In this document: in pieces, positions 25,460 through 38,557 of the stretch
Position numbering within the stretch: position 1 is the first letter of the stretch
Layout of the letters: the number at the start of each line of letters is the position of its first letter
Source: Camelus ferus
Taxonomy: Eukaryota
Assembly (NCBI RefSeq): GCF_009834535.1
Contig: NC_045712.1
Location: 32,798,001-32,862,000, forward strand
Direction: 5' to 3'
DNA length: 64,000 nt
The notes under the pieces: generated by a model
Seen by the model: only the letters and a program-made list of their open reading frames with translations
The model's database searches: none
Told to the model about the DNA's origin: nothing
Made by a program: the position numbers and the translations under genes

Positions 25460-25605
25460 TCTAGGTACTTGTTAAAAATAAAGATCCAAAGGCTTCTTTG
25501 CAGAATATTCTTATTTTGAAAGTCTGAAGTGGAGGGCAGAGAATTTATACTTTCAGTAGCTGCTGCGGGGAATTCTTACAATGGGGCACGTTTGGCACAC
25601 TCTGT
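25460..25605. mobile_element. MER5-like fragment
   Basis: ggtacttgttaaaaataaagat...gaaagtctgaagtggagggcagagaatttatacttt...gaattctta. Confidence 0.4.
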
Positions 25606-25718
25606 AGTGGTGAAGGCTGAGGATGCTGTAGTGAAATGGTGTGAGGTTGAAACTTGGTTGTAGCTCCTACCAGCTGGCGGTTAGTTACTTAACTTCATCA
25701 GGTCTCAAATGCTGCCAG

Positions 25719-26735
<1,017 letters not shown>

Positions 26736-26741
26736 GTAAGT
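26736..26741 (+). promoter_or_regulatory. GRM7: 5' splice donor GTAAGT
   Basis: Perfect AG|GTAAGT consensus directly after the N-run, at a codon boundary of the GRM7 frame. Confidence 0.92.
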
Positions 26742-27370
26742 GAACATGTACACCACAGTACGCGTTTCAAAAATGTGTTCATTCTTGTAAATACTGAGAC
26801 CAAATTGTATAGAGCAAGAGGCTTTACAAAGGCTGAACGTATTCCCAAGTATAGGCCAATCCTGAATTGATAGGCATCGATGCTACAGAAATCTAAAACC
26901 TGCGTTGAACTGGGCCACATCCATTCCACTGGAAACTGATGAGAGGTATAGCCTTTTTCAAGTTCATTTATTACAGAATGATTCGAGGTAGCAAGAGCTT
27001 ATCCAATAGGAAATAATCTTATCTAGTAAATTAATCCTTCCTATTCATTCATGACTCACTCCGTCTTCTTTCACACGTATGTCCTGGGGATAAGAGAGGA
27101 GGGCCACAGTTTCTCATCCTCCAGGATAAAGATGGTCATGACTAGCTCTCTCTCTTCCTGGTGGCTGTGTAGGTGGGCGCTCACTGCTCATTGGCTTGTG
27201 TATGTGAAATACACAACATGTATCAATATCTGTATCTATGTCTGTATTTGTATATATCTCCAAGTGGGTAGACATAGGAGAGTTTTGGTTATCATTCCAC
27301 TCTGGACTCCCTACAGCTAGATGTCCATTAACTACATCAAATGATTCAACATGATAACAGACTCAAGTCC

Positions 27371-27476
27371 CCAGCAGTGGGAGGGACAGTATGTAGGAGA
27401 GCAAGTGTCATCAGGTTGTAAAAGTTCAAGTTTTTGAAAATGCATAGACCCTGATGTGTTAGTCCTAGAAATGTTT
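27371..27476 (+). repeat. 106-bp direct repeat, copy 1
   Basis: 97/106 identical (ungapped) to 27999-28104. Confidence 0.95.
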
Positions 27477-27814
27477 AGTGTACACACTCTCCTCATAGAG
27501 TTATATGTTTTTTATGCGTCTGGAAGTTAGGCAGTCCTAATACGTTGACTCTTAATGCAGTTAATGTACATCTATCTAGCTGTAGGTGTGATGTGTGTGC
27601 AGATCAGGCAATGCTACAGTTTTGGTTCTAAATGTGATTCATATACATCTGACTTCCATACTCACTGGAATATGGTTTTGTGTGTGTGCAATCTGAGCAG
27701 TCCTAATATGGTGGTCTTTGTGAGACTGGTGTCCTTCATGCGGTGAAGGCAGCTCTGACATGTCGGTCCAGCTAAGACTGGAACTGAGACTCGGAGTCCT
27801 GACTGGCACACTCT

Positions 27815-27960
27815 GTATAGAGAGAGCACAGTTGTAGCTTGATTGGAAGTCAGGACCCTGGGGGTCTAGCCTGATTTCATGTTACTTTGGAGAAGTCCCT
27901 TAAATATTCAGAGACTTAGTGCCCTAAATGAGGAAGACAAGGATTGAAGTAGGCATGTCT
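27815..27960 (+). mobile_element. MIR fragment
   Basis: gagagagcaca...ggaagtcaggaccctgggggtctagcc...tactttggagaagtcccttaa...ttagtgccctaaatgagg. Confidence 0.45.
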
Positions 27961-27998
27961 ACAAATTTACGCATCTGATTTTTGTTACTGTTACTTCG

Positions 27999-28104
27999 CC
28001 AGCAGTGGGAGGGACACTATGTAGCAGAGCAAGTGTCATCAAATTGTAAAAGTTCGAAGTTTTGAAAATGAATGGACCCTGATGTGTTAGTCCTAGAAAT
28101 GTTT
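27999..28104 (+). repeat. 106-bp direct repeat, copy 2
   Basis: 97/106 identical (ungapped) to 27371-27476. Confidence 0.95.
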
Positions 28105-31100
28105 CTCTGAGTCATCGTATAAAGGATGAATGGATTTTGGTAGTTTTCCAACTGCAAAGATGTCTTTTACCTAAATTGTTTGATTCAGAAGATACGACTT
28201 TGGATTGTGTTTAAAATGAAAAAGGGAAATCTCATGTGAAGCTGCACGGAATGCTGAGATTGACGACAGTGAATAGTTCCAGATTATGGTTTCGGTACTA
28301 GTAAAGTGACTTAGAGGAAGTTCTTCCAAACTATATGCTCAGTGAGCATCGTGTCTTTCCAGCAGTGTGTTTCAAATTCATATTGCATGTTTGCTTCTGT
28401 GAATACTAACTTGAATTTCATTTTATTGCTTTATCTATCCCTGGGCCAAAGGGACAGTAAAATGTGAGTTAAGAGAGTGAAATGTAATCAAGAGGGGAAA
28501 AAAAAAAAAACCCAATTAATGCTAGGAAATTGATGACCACGGACATTTTTATGGGGACTGATGGGTGTCATGAAAACCTCTGGAGATAATAATTATTTTG
28601 TTGTTAAAACAAACAGAGTCCCCCATGCAACAGGTTAAAAATGTGGGATCTTTTTCATGAGAGTTTATTCTTGAGGAATGTAAAAGGCAGGGTCACTGCA
28701 GCTGTTTTATAGACGATCCTTGCTGTCTTGCATATTTGACAGTTTAGGTTTCTACCATTTCATCTGCCATTTCTAGCCATTTCTAGTCATGACTGTAAAT
28801 CTTTTCAGTTAAGATCAGGGGTGTCATTTACTCATTGAAACCTGAAAATCAGAGTTTTCAGGAGTTGAATTCACTGATTCTGGTTGTTCCAGAAGACGTT
28901 GTGTCAGTAGAACAGGACTACGGGAAGAATGAAGCTGTCTTCCGCAGTGGGTTAGCATCCCAGAGTTTGGAAGGCGTGTGTTTCTCCTTGTGTACTCTCA
29001 ATGGGTTATGAGATTTTACATGGTTGATTGACACCATTAAAGGTGCTAAACAGCCAAATGGGAACACTGAATTTTCTAGGAAAATGCACATGCCCTAATG
29101 CTAGGCATATGGCTAGAGAAGCATGAATGATCCATTAAAAATATTTTACGAACATGAAACCATGGAATTTAAATTGTGGAAGGCAGCAAATTGCAAAATG
29201 CAACAAAAGATATCATACCAAAGGCATTACTGCCAAGCTAGTACATACAGAATCACAGCTTCTCCATTTTGGTTTGGATTTAAGAGTTTAAGTGTTTCAA
29301 CTGGAAGGATTCCAGTGTAACAGGACAAAAAAATAAAAGAGATTAAACAGTCAGTTCAGTAATAACTATGTTCTGTTTCAGGAAATTGAATTTGTTTTGA
29401 TTATAGGAGGGATAGCTTGGTGAAACTTCTCATCAGTTGAGCTCATTAGCACAGCATCAAGTATGAGAAATGTTTCTGATTTTCTTGCAAAACATCAACC
29501 CGCATGAAGTTTATTTTTGCTTTTCTTAAGGAGGATGCAGGATATTACTGTTATCTTGTTTTATTGTTACTAACTCTGTGACTTCCAGAATGAGAATCTT
29601 GCAACGTGGCTGGGGGTGGAAGAGGTAAACTCCAGCCCTGAGATAATGATTCTTTATCTTAGGAATTATATATTACGTGACTGAAATGATTCAAGGAAAC
29701 CCTGCAAGTGGTGGAACGCTAGCACAGCAGGTTGAGTGAAGTGCTGTGGCATCCTGTTGTTGCACACTGGCACAGTCTGTTGGAGGACTAGAGTGTTTTC
29801 AAGAAAAACAAAGGCTTGGCTTGTGGGTGTATCTTTACAAGGAGTTTTTGCATGCAGCCAGGTAGGGAGGATCCCCCGTACCCTGCCCAAATCTGGGAAA
29901 CCCTATAAGACGCCATGTTTATTAGCCAAGCCTTTTTAGCCCGTGGTTGTCTGGAGAACTTTCTAGGCACTCTGGAAACCATTTCTTACACATGGACACA
30001 GAGACAGGCTTGGCCCTGCAAAGGCACAGCAGACCTTGGTACAAAAGGAGAAGGATCAGAGGGTCTCATAGGTCCTTCCCTCTTAGCGTGTGTGTTTCTT
30101 TGGATAGGGGGCTGGTGAAAAGCAGAGAAAGAAAAGAACTGAGGCATTATTCTGGTCTCAGAAAAATGCTGGAGGAAGAGTAGGTGGTTTGAAGGGAGTC
30201 ATGTCCCCTGCAGTATCACCTACAGGCCTCTCTTCTGCACATATCAGAACAGAACCAGGGTGGGTCATGATACTTAAATAATAGGATTCTTCAGTTTTCA
30301 CTGAAGCGTATCCATTAAGTGACCAAATTAGGGCCACTGTTGGCGGTCTCTCTACCAGCTCAGGGTTCTTAACCCAGTGATTCAAAATCGTGTCCATGAT
30401 AATCCCCAGAAGAAAGTTGTTTTCGGAGGTATTGCATGTCCACCCACTCTGCCTGGTCCAGCAGGGCTAGGATGAGCAGAAAACTCCAGATTTCTTTAAA
30501 ACAAGCATGCTGGAAAGACACCAGTGGAAACCAAGCATGCTTCTTGAAACTGCCTAAACATTTTCTTCCAAGTCCACAAAAGACACCCTATAAATATTTT
30601 CTGATTTCTAATTTCAGAGCCCTTGGGAATAAATTAATTATCCTCCCAAAGACACAGGGGATCCAGAGATCAAGGAACCAGGAGATCAGAAAGACACTAT
30701 CCATGGTCATAGTCAAAGTTGAGAGTCAGAAGGTGTGAATGAAGAAGTGTCAACCTCCAGGTTTGGTCCAGAGACCTTAAAAGCCAGCATCAAGGCACTG
30801 ATCCTGGAAGCAGAGGCGGCAGGAGGGCAGGGAGATAGGAGTGTCCCCCAGGAGTATTTCTTGAAGGGCTGGGACTAGAGGCCAAGGCCTTTTGATCTTC
30901 CAGGTGTAGCAGAGAGCTCTGCAGAGTCTGGAGGTAAAGCACAGCTTGCCTAGGACTGAGATTGAGAATCAGAGACACTTGGCAGGGAGGGAAAGCTTCC
31001 CTAGTCCATGCCCAAGGCAGGCGTCACTGCCAGCTTCCCCTGAACCCTGACGTGGCCTTGAAATCCTTATCATCACAGTCTTTAGGCAGCCACTACCAGT

Positions 31101-33373
31101 AAGCCAGAACTGGAAGGAATTTGAAGTTCATGTACCATTTCTGATGTAGGGTTGGGTTCCAACAAGCGACTGTTGATACCTCTTTCCACCCAGCTGTTGT
31201 TGTCATTGCGCTAAAGACACTGAGCATCTTCGGTTGCAATTCGTCTGCTTAGAGGTAGAGCACAGTCAGGGAGTGGGGGCGTTCGTGTATTAGTCTTTCT
31301 TGTGTCTGATCACACAACTTCTCTGTCTTTTTAACCGCCCAATACCATACAGAAAAGAGAAGCCCTGGTTCTCTTTGGAACTAATGTATCTGCTTACGCT
31401 TCTGCGCTGCTTGATTTGATTTTAAAAATTCTCATGCCTTTCAAGCAATTAAAGTAACAATTATGAAATGCCTAGTATGCCCCTGGTACTCTCTGAAGGA
31501 CAGTGATTCCGAATGGAAGGAAGACACCGTCCTCATCGGTCAGGAGCTGAAAACCTAGTGGTGCACACAGACCTTCAAACACACATCACCTAGTGTGAGT
31601 TAAGCTACAGTTGTCACACAAAGAATGCATGATGGGCAGGCAGGGAAGGGACCTCCACTTAAGGTTCACAGAAAATGCAACAAGGAGCCTGAAGTTCATG
31701 GGCAGAGGAAGCGCTGTGACAATGTAGTGAGAACTTAAGTCACATGTGAAGAAGCAGGGGGAGGGGTTTTCACCATACAGTGTGTGGAGTGAGGAGACAG
31801 GACTGCGCTTACATGGTCTTGACGTGAGAGAGGGTGATAATAAAATTGAATAAAACCTCATCCTGTGGGAAAATTTTGAAACAACCTGAATTCCACATTT
31901 CATTCCGAAATCAAACTTTTGGCAAGAATCACATCTTTTCTAAAGGGTAGGCCAAGTTGACTTTAAATACCATAGCATGTAAGCTGAAACACTTGTTCTG
32001 TTTTCTTAGGATGCGCTGTCCCCTTCTGTGTCCATCGAGTTGTGTGTGGTCCTCCCTGTGACACAGTCGCGCCCCTTCTCTGGGTGTGTGGGCCTGGGCT
32101 CCGTAGGAGTCACGAAGGAGCAGCGGCTCCCGGGAGTGAAGGGCAGTGCTTGGGCTTTGATTCTCCCTGAAGCTCAGGAGATCCAACGAAAACTTCTAAG
32201 TGTGGCAGGAAGGTGAACATAGGCTGTCTTGGAAAGTGAGTTCCGGGGATAGTCCTTGAGGACGAGGAGAAGTGATGAACTAGAGAGCTAACTAAGGAGC
32301 CGCTGTAGTGGACTGATTCGAAGACGGCACTGGCCTGAGGAAAGCCTGGGGGACGAGGAACGACAGAGCTGAGAGCTGCTTTGAGCATTAAAAGAATATG
32401 TGAATAGGCTGTGCTTTATCTTTCCTTTTGTGTTATGCTGCTTTATGGCTGAAATAAGAGATAAAGATTTTTTTTTTTTTATTCTGTGGGTTTTGCAAGT
32501 AACGTTGCCCGCTATTTAATCTTTTTTTCAAACAGCAGCTAAATGAGGAAAGGACGACTCTCCTTTCCCATTCTCTAGAGACAATCACTGTCAACAATCT
32601 GATGACGCCACCTCTGGATGTATAAGTACACATGTGTGCAACCTTACTTGAAAGTGAGAGTCTGATTTTCCCCTCAGGGAAGGCTGACTGAGAACCTTCC
32701 CCCTGGCATCTAAATACAGTGGAGAGGGGTGTCGCGGGGCGTGGGTGCTGCCGGGGCCACCTGTGCGCCCACGCTGTGACAGGCATGCACGCTGCTGGTT
32801 GAGGTGTTACTTCTGCTGTTTCATTTTGTCCATTCACATTTTTATCAAAAGCATGTGAAACCGTCTCTTGTCTGCTTCCTGCTGTGACCTTGGTGACAAC
32901 TGAGCATCTCTCCAAACAGCCCTCTGAAGCCAGCTGTTTGCACGTCTGGTGTTAGCCAATGGCTTGGGCTCCTACAGTCCTCTTTCCTCCCTTCGTGACG
33001 CGTCGGCTCATTTCAGGTTCAGTCACCTAGGGTAAGGGCAGCTTTCCCGTCTGAACCCTTTCCTTTAGCCAGAAAAGGTGCTTCAGCAGGTAAAACCTGG
33101 GAGCCCGTACAAAACTGAACCGAGCTAGAACTAAGAAGGAAATGACTTATTACATTAAAACAAAGCTCTAATCATTCAATATCTGAATAGAGAGGTGCTC
33201 AAGCAAGGGACATTTCTGCTAAAAAGGAAGACTCAACAAGAGTCTTGAGTCTGCCCTCCACGGTGTGCTCCTTGAGGGTGCTGCAGTGGTTTGTAGGGCA
33301 GGGCTGTGACATTGTTGGACTTAGGCTTTAGATAGATTGCCCATGGCTTATTAGCAGTGGTTTGCATGGTAGT

Positions 33374-34200
33374 TGTAATATTGTGACTTATAATAAGCAA
33401 TATATATAGAGAGAGAGAGAAAGAGAGAGGGAGATGATCTTCATCTATTTCTAGCATGGAGATTCTAAAAACACTTGGAATTTCCTAAGTGAGGAGAGCT
33501 ATAAAGGTGACTTTTGTTATGTTAATTAGGTGACTTTTGGTCCTCCTGGAGAGGTTGCCAGGAGAACCAACCATGTGATTAGATAGTGGGTAGTTTAAAT
33601 TCCATCCCCTGACCTCTGGGTGGGGGCTAGAGGTTGAATCCATCACCAATGGCCAGGGTTTAATCATCCATAGCTATGTGAGGAAGTTTCCAGAAAACCC
33701 CGAAAGGATAGGGTCTGGAGAGCTTCTGGGTTGGTGAATATGTGGAGTCTGGGGAGAGGCACGCTCCAAGAGCACTGAAGCTCTGTGCTCTTTCCACATA
33801 CCTACGCAGTATGCATATCTTCCCTCTGGCCACCCCAGAGTTACATCATTTTATTAAAAAATGGTAATCTAGTAAGTAAAATGTCCCTGAGTTCTGTGAG
33901 CCACTCTAGCAAAGCGATCCAACCTAAGGAGGGAGTTGTTGGAGCCTCCAGTCTCCAGCCAGTAGGTCAGAAGGTGACAACTGGGACTAGCAAGCGGCAA
34001 CTGCAGTGGGGGGAGAGGTGCAGTCCTAGGGGACTGCGTACTGAACCTGGAGACTCTGATGCTGTCTTCAGTAGTGTCAGAATGGAGTACACCTGTAGGA
34101 CTTTCAGCAGGTGTCAGAGCACTGCTCACTGGTATGGAGAAAAAAAAATCTCACATGTTGGAATTGGGTGCAGAGCATTTTAGAGTTAATATGGGAAGTT
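33374..34200 (+). mobile_element. MER21B/C-like solo LTR (sense to GRM7)
   Basis: tgtaatattgtga...atcaccaatggccagggtttaatca...ccctgagttctgtgagccactctagcaaa...ggtcagaagg...tagtgtcagaat. Confidence 0.8.
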
Positions 34201-36659
34201 CTACCCTGGGGAGAGAGACGGTGGTAACCAGTGACGATTTAAATGGATACTCAGACTTTCAGATCCATGACAGTGTACAACCCGAGGGTGAGGAAGCGAG
34301 AAAGCAGGCCCTTGGATGAAAAACCTGGATGAGACCTGGTAGCCAGCTGTGCGTTCCTTCTCTCCCTTTTCAGTGAAAGGCCCAGAAAACCTCCCATGCC
34401 ATAGAACGTTAGATGGGACTTGGAAGTACCATTCTGCTCCTTTCACTGTTCCGTGGGACGGTTGGTGGGGAGGGGACTTTGGAACACTGCCTCCAACTCC
34501 ACTCCCCCTGCCCAAGTAAGAGAGGCGCCTGTAGGCAAAACTGCGACGCAGCAGTCCTTGGTATGTATGATGGTGTAGTAAGAGTTTGCTTTGAAGAGTG
34601 TCTGTATGCTAGAAATACTGTCTGTACAGATTTCCCCTTGTCTGGGGTATTTTCAGTGTGTAGTGTGTTGCCACAGATCTCTTTTCTTCTGAAGATAATG
34701 GTCTTTTGCACTGTAAGCAGTTCCTAATGACTAAAGCTGGCGTCAGCCGATTGGCATTTGGGTTTTGGAAATCAGGGTGCACGTCGTTTGCTGTGGAGTC
34801 AATGCCCTCTGAAAGCCCAGCTTGTTACCCTGCGCCTTCGGCAGGCCTCTGCCCCAGCTCAGCACCACAGCGGGCTCTCCAGCTCAGACTGGGTTTGGTC
34901 ATAAGGCCATTGGGAGGTCAGTGCAGTCAGGAAGTGAACAGTCTCAAGTAAGTGATAATCCGATTACAGACTTCAAAGATGGCTCGTGTGAAATTTCTCA
35001 ACTCTGAACAAAAGTCACATTTTCCCATGTAAGTCTTAGGCACATAAGGATATTAGAGAAGAGAGGGGGACACAGATAGTCCACAGAGAAATTGTACAGT
35101 TAGGTTGAGAGTACATTGTGGCAAGGAATTTAAAGGAGAAGTCAGTGCTACTCAGATAGCAGTTCCTTGAGGTTCTCAAGTCTCTATGTATCCGAAGAAG
35201 GACCCTCAGACACAGTGGGTCATGAATAAAAATCCATAGGTGGACAACTGAATGATGAAACAGAAAGTCTCATTTTCTTTCCTGTGTCGCAGGCTCTCCG
35301 GTCTTCACTTTGAACTTTGAAGCATTGATCTTTCTTTTCTGATACATCACTTGCAAGAAGCTAAAACTGCTTCCAGCAGAGGAAGGAGTCAGTTGTTCAC
35401 ACCTGGGAGATTGTGGCTAACAGACCCAGAGCCCCCAAATCAGTTTGTGATACCCAGGCTTTAGCATCCAAGTCTGGATATTTAGGCTGGCTGAATCTGC
35501 CTTCCGGTTCTGTCAGTTTCATTGTGTTTCTCCGGTACCCCTCCCAGCGCCCTGTCAGAGTGACTAGATTGGGACATCATGGCCACATTGCTTTATGGAT
35601 GTGGAAAGGGGCTGCTGCTTGGTACTGGACCAAATGCCAGATGAATGAGGTGCTTAGTTTTAAGCCAGTAATCAGGTCATTATCTCTTTGTTTAATGTTC
35701 CAGATCTTGAGATCTAGAAGTATGTTGTACAAATTTTCTATTTTAAGAAATTTAAATGAGAGGCAAGGAACCGCCTAGATGTTTTAATTCATGGAATGAG
35801 ACTTAATTTAACTTTTAATCCCTTTTCCCCAGAATCCTTGCTGGGTGGACAGGCATAGAGATAAGTGTTTTACAAGGCTTTGGCATTTTTGTATTAGTTT
35901 TGAAATTGGGATATTATCCAGTTACTGTAGTGGGAAATGTGCTCAGAATCATCCAATTTTCTACTCTTAAAAATATGGCACAAAAGGTAATAAACAACAA
36001 ACAGGCAAACTGCTAGCATAGGAGTTAAACCGAAAACTCTAGGAATACTTGTGTAATAGAAGGAGACTTCACCATGTGATTCCAGAGTTAAGAGCTGCAC
36101 GGATGATTTGTAGGCAAGCCCATTAAATTTGTGATCCTAATAAAAAGCTTTGGGCATTGGAAGAGACTGTCATTTTATTCTGTCATAGAAATCCAGTTTC
36201 CCACTAAAGCTGTTACAAAAAGAAAATGTAGGGAAACGATTTCTTAATGGTGATGCTGGCAATCAGTCTGCCTGATACGGAAGCATCAATGTCTGTAATG
36301 GGTCCTCAGGTGCCTAAAATTGAAAATTGTCTCTCTAACGTGTCGTGCATTCCATCCAGCTGTTTGTTCCAGCTGATTGCTTGGCTTATAACCGACAGTT
36401 TTCTGATCCAGTGCCTTCCATTGCACAGGTCTGAAAAAACTAGGTTAGTAGATGTAGTGAAACAGCAGATCTGAAAGGATTTTGTTGCCTGTAATGACAC
36501 CTTCTTTTTTTCCCTCCAGTGCCTACTACCTCTGAACTACATATTCCAGGAGAGGGGTTTGAAAATAGTTTTCTTTTCTTTTAGAATGCTCACCCCCTGT
36601 TATTTAGCAGTTGATTTTTAAGTGCCAGTATGTAACATGCAAGGCCCCAGAGACCCCAA

Positions 36660-37520
36660 CAACTGGGCACCATATCACTCCTTTAAAAAAGTTCTCCAGT
36701 GGCTTCCCATTGATAATAATAATAATAATGTTATTATTATTACTATTATTATTATTATTGCCTCCCTGCCACTATCAGAATTAGAATAGTATTTGAGCAC
36801 TTCCTTAGAGCCCCTGAGACTTAGATCAAGGGTCACGACTATGGCCCTTGAGCCAAATCCAACCAGCTGCTCATTCTTACGAAGTTTTATCGGAACACAG
36901 CCATGGTCATTAATTTACATACTCCCTATGGCTGCTTTCGTGCTACGAGGGCAGACTGGAGTAGATGTGGCAGAGATAGTATGGCCTGTAAGGCAGAAAA
37001 TATGTATCACCTGGATCTTTGCCCAGAAAGTTTGCTGTCCCTGCCTTAGATGACCTGGTGCCTCCCTGCCTCTCTGATTCTCATTCCCTGCGCGTCTCAT
37101 GCTCATTGATTTCCCTTCAGTCTTGCTGATATTCTTTCTTCCCCTTAACATACTGGGACAGTCTCCTTCCTAGGACCTTCGCAGAGACGTGCCCTTTGTC
37201 TAGGATGCTACCACCCAGAACCTCTCACGCTGCTTGTTCTCATCACTGAGCTCTCAGCTTACAGACTCCTGTCAGAGCAGACTTTTAACTCTCCTCCACC
37301 CAAGTTAAAGTTATCTCTATCCCAGTTACATTCTGTTTGTCCCTAGCATTCCTAGTACCTGATGTCAGTTATTGTAATGTCGTGTGCTTTGCACCCACGC
37401 ACTTAGTTTGTCTGGTTCTTCTCCGGATCCCAGGGTCCCCAAACAGTGACTGGCTCTCGTAAACACTCACTGACTCTCTGTGGATGAATGAATGAAGGAA
37501 TGGCCGAATGAACAAATGAA
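36660..37520 (+). mobile_element. L2 3' region, interrupted by an AT palindrome and MER58A
   Basis: cactcctttaaaaaagttctccagtggcttcccattg...ends aacagtgactggc...gtggatgaatgaatgaa. Confidence 0.7.
36827..37043 (+). mobile_element. Full-length MER58A with 8-bp TSD
   Basis: caagggtcacgactatggccc...gttttatcggaacacagcca...agaaagtttgctgtccctg; TSD acttagat (36819-36826) / ccttagat (37044-37051). Confidence 0.85.
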
Positions 37521-37948
37521 TCTTTTGTAGAGGAAGATACAGCCCCTGTCCTCAGAAAACAGTTTAGAAGTGGAGAGAGCCATGTAAACTAATATCTGGG
37601 AAAAGTACTGAAATATAAAACCATGGGAAAGTATGTTTATAGCAAGAAATGAGAGATCAGTCATGCTGGAGGACCATGCCCCTGAAGACTGCACAGACAA
37701 GGTGAATCTTCGAGGATGACCAGTTAGACAGAGAAAGGCTTTCTAAGCTGAAGGAATTGATTGTGAAAGCGATTTACTGAAATTGATTACCAAAGAATAT
37801 ATAAAAATGTTCCATCTCACAAACTGTTTTCAGTCTTCAGAAGAGTAAAGATGAAGGAAAAAAATCCTAAAATACACATGGTGATGAGGGCATGGAAAAA
37901 TGGATATTTTTATGAACTACAGATGGATCTAAACTGATCAAATCTTTC

Positions 37949-38514
37949 TTTTTTTTTTTTTTTTTTTTGGTCTAGATCATTTAAATTTTTTTTAATTTAA
38001 AAATTTTCCAGTTTTATTTAGATAGAATTGACATATAATGTATTAGTTTAATGATTTGATGTATGTATATACTACAAAATGATTACCATGATCAGTATAG
38101 TTAACATCCATCACCTCAAATAGTTAGAAATTTTTTTCTTATGATGATAACTTTAAAGATCTAGTTCTTAGCAACTCTGAAATACACAATACTGTATTGT
38201 TAACTATAGTCACCATGTTGTGCATTACATACCAGAAATAACTTACCTTGTAACTGCAAGTTTATATCTTTTGATCACTTTGACTCAGTTCACACCACAT
38301 CACTTCTGGTAACTATCAGTCTATTGTCTGTTTCCATCAGTCTATCAGCTCTTTTTTTTTTTTTTTAGGTTCCACATGTAAGAGAGATTATACAAAAGAT
38401 TATTTGCCTTTCTCTGACAGTTATTTCACTTTGCATAATGCCCTCAAGTTTCATCCACGTTGTTAGAAGTGGCAGTATTTCCTTCTTTTTTATAGCTATT
38501 TTATATATACATCA

Positions 38515-38557
<43 letters not shown>

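Noticed and set aside
28841-28862. 8-bp inverted repeat cctgaaaa/ttttcagg
   Set aside because: Expected by chance in a window of this size.
30440-30720. Possible LTR (tataaat, aataaa, two caagcatgct motifs) or p53 element
   Set aside because: No family or termini recognised; the p53-like half sites are too far apart for a canonical element.
32433-32915. 160-aa minus-strand ORF
   Set aside because: Runs through a GC-rich patch and a poly-A-derived KKKK; no recognisable domain.
34860-34880. RE1 left half-site TCAGCACCAC
   Set aside because: No GGACAG right half follows.
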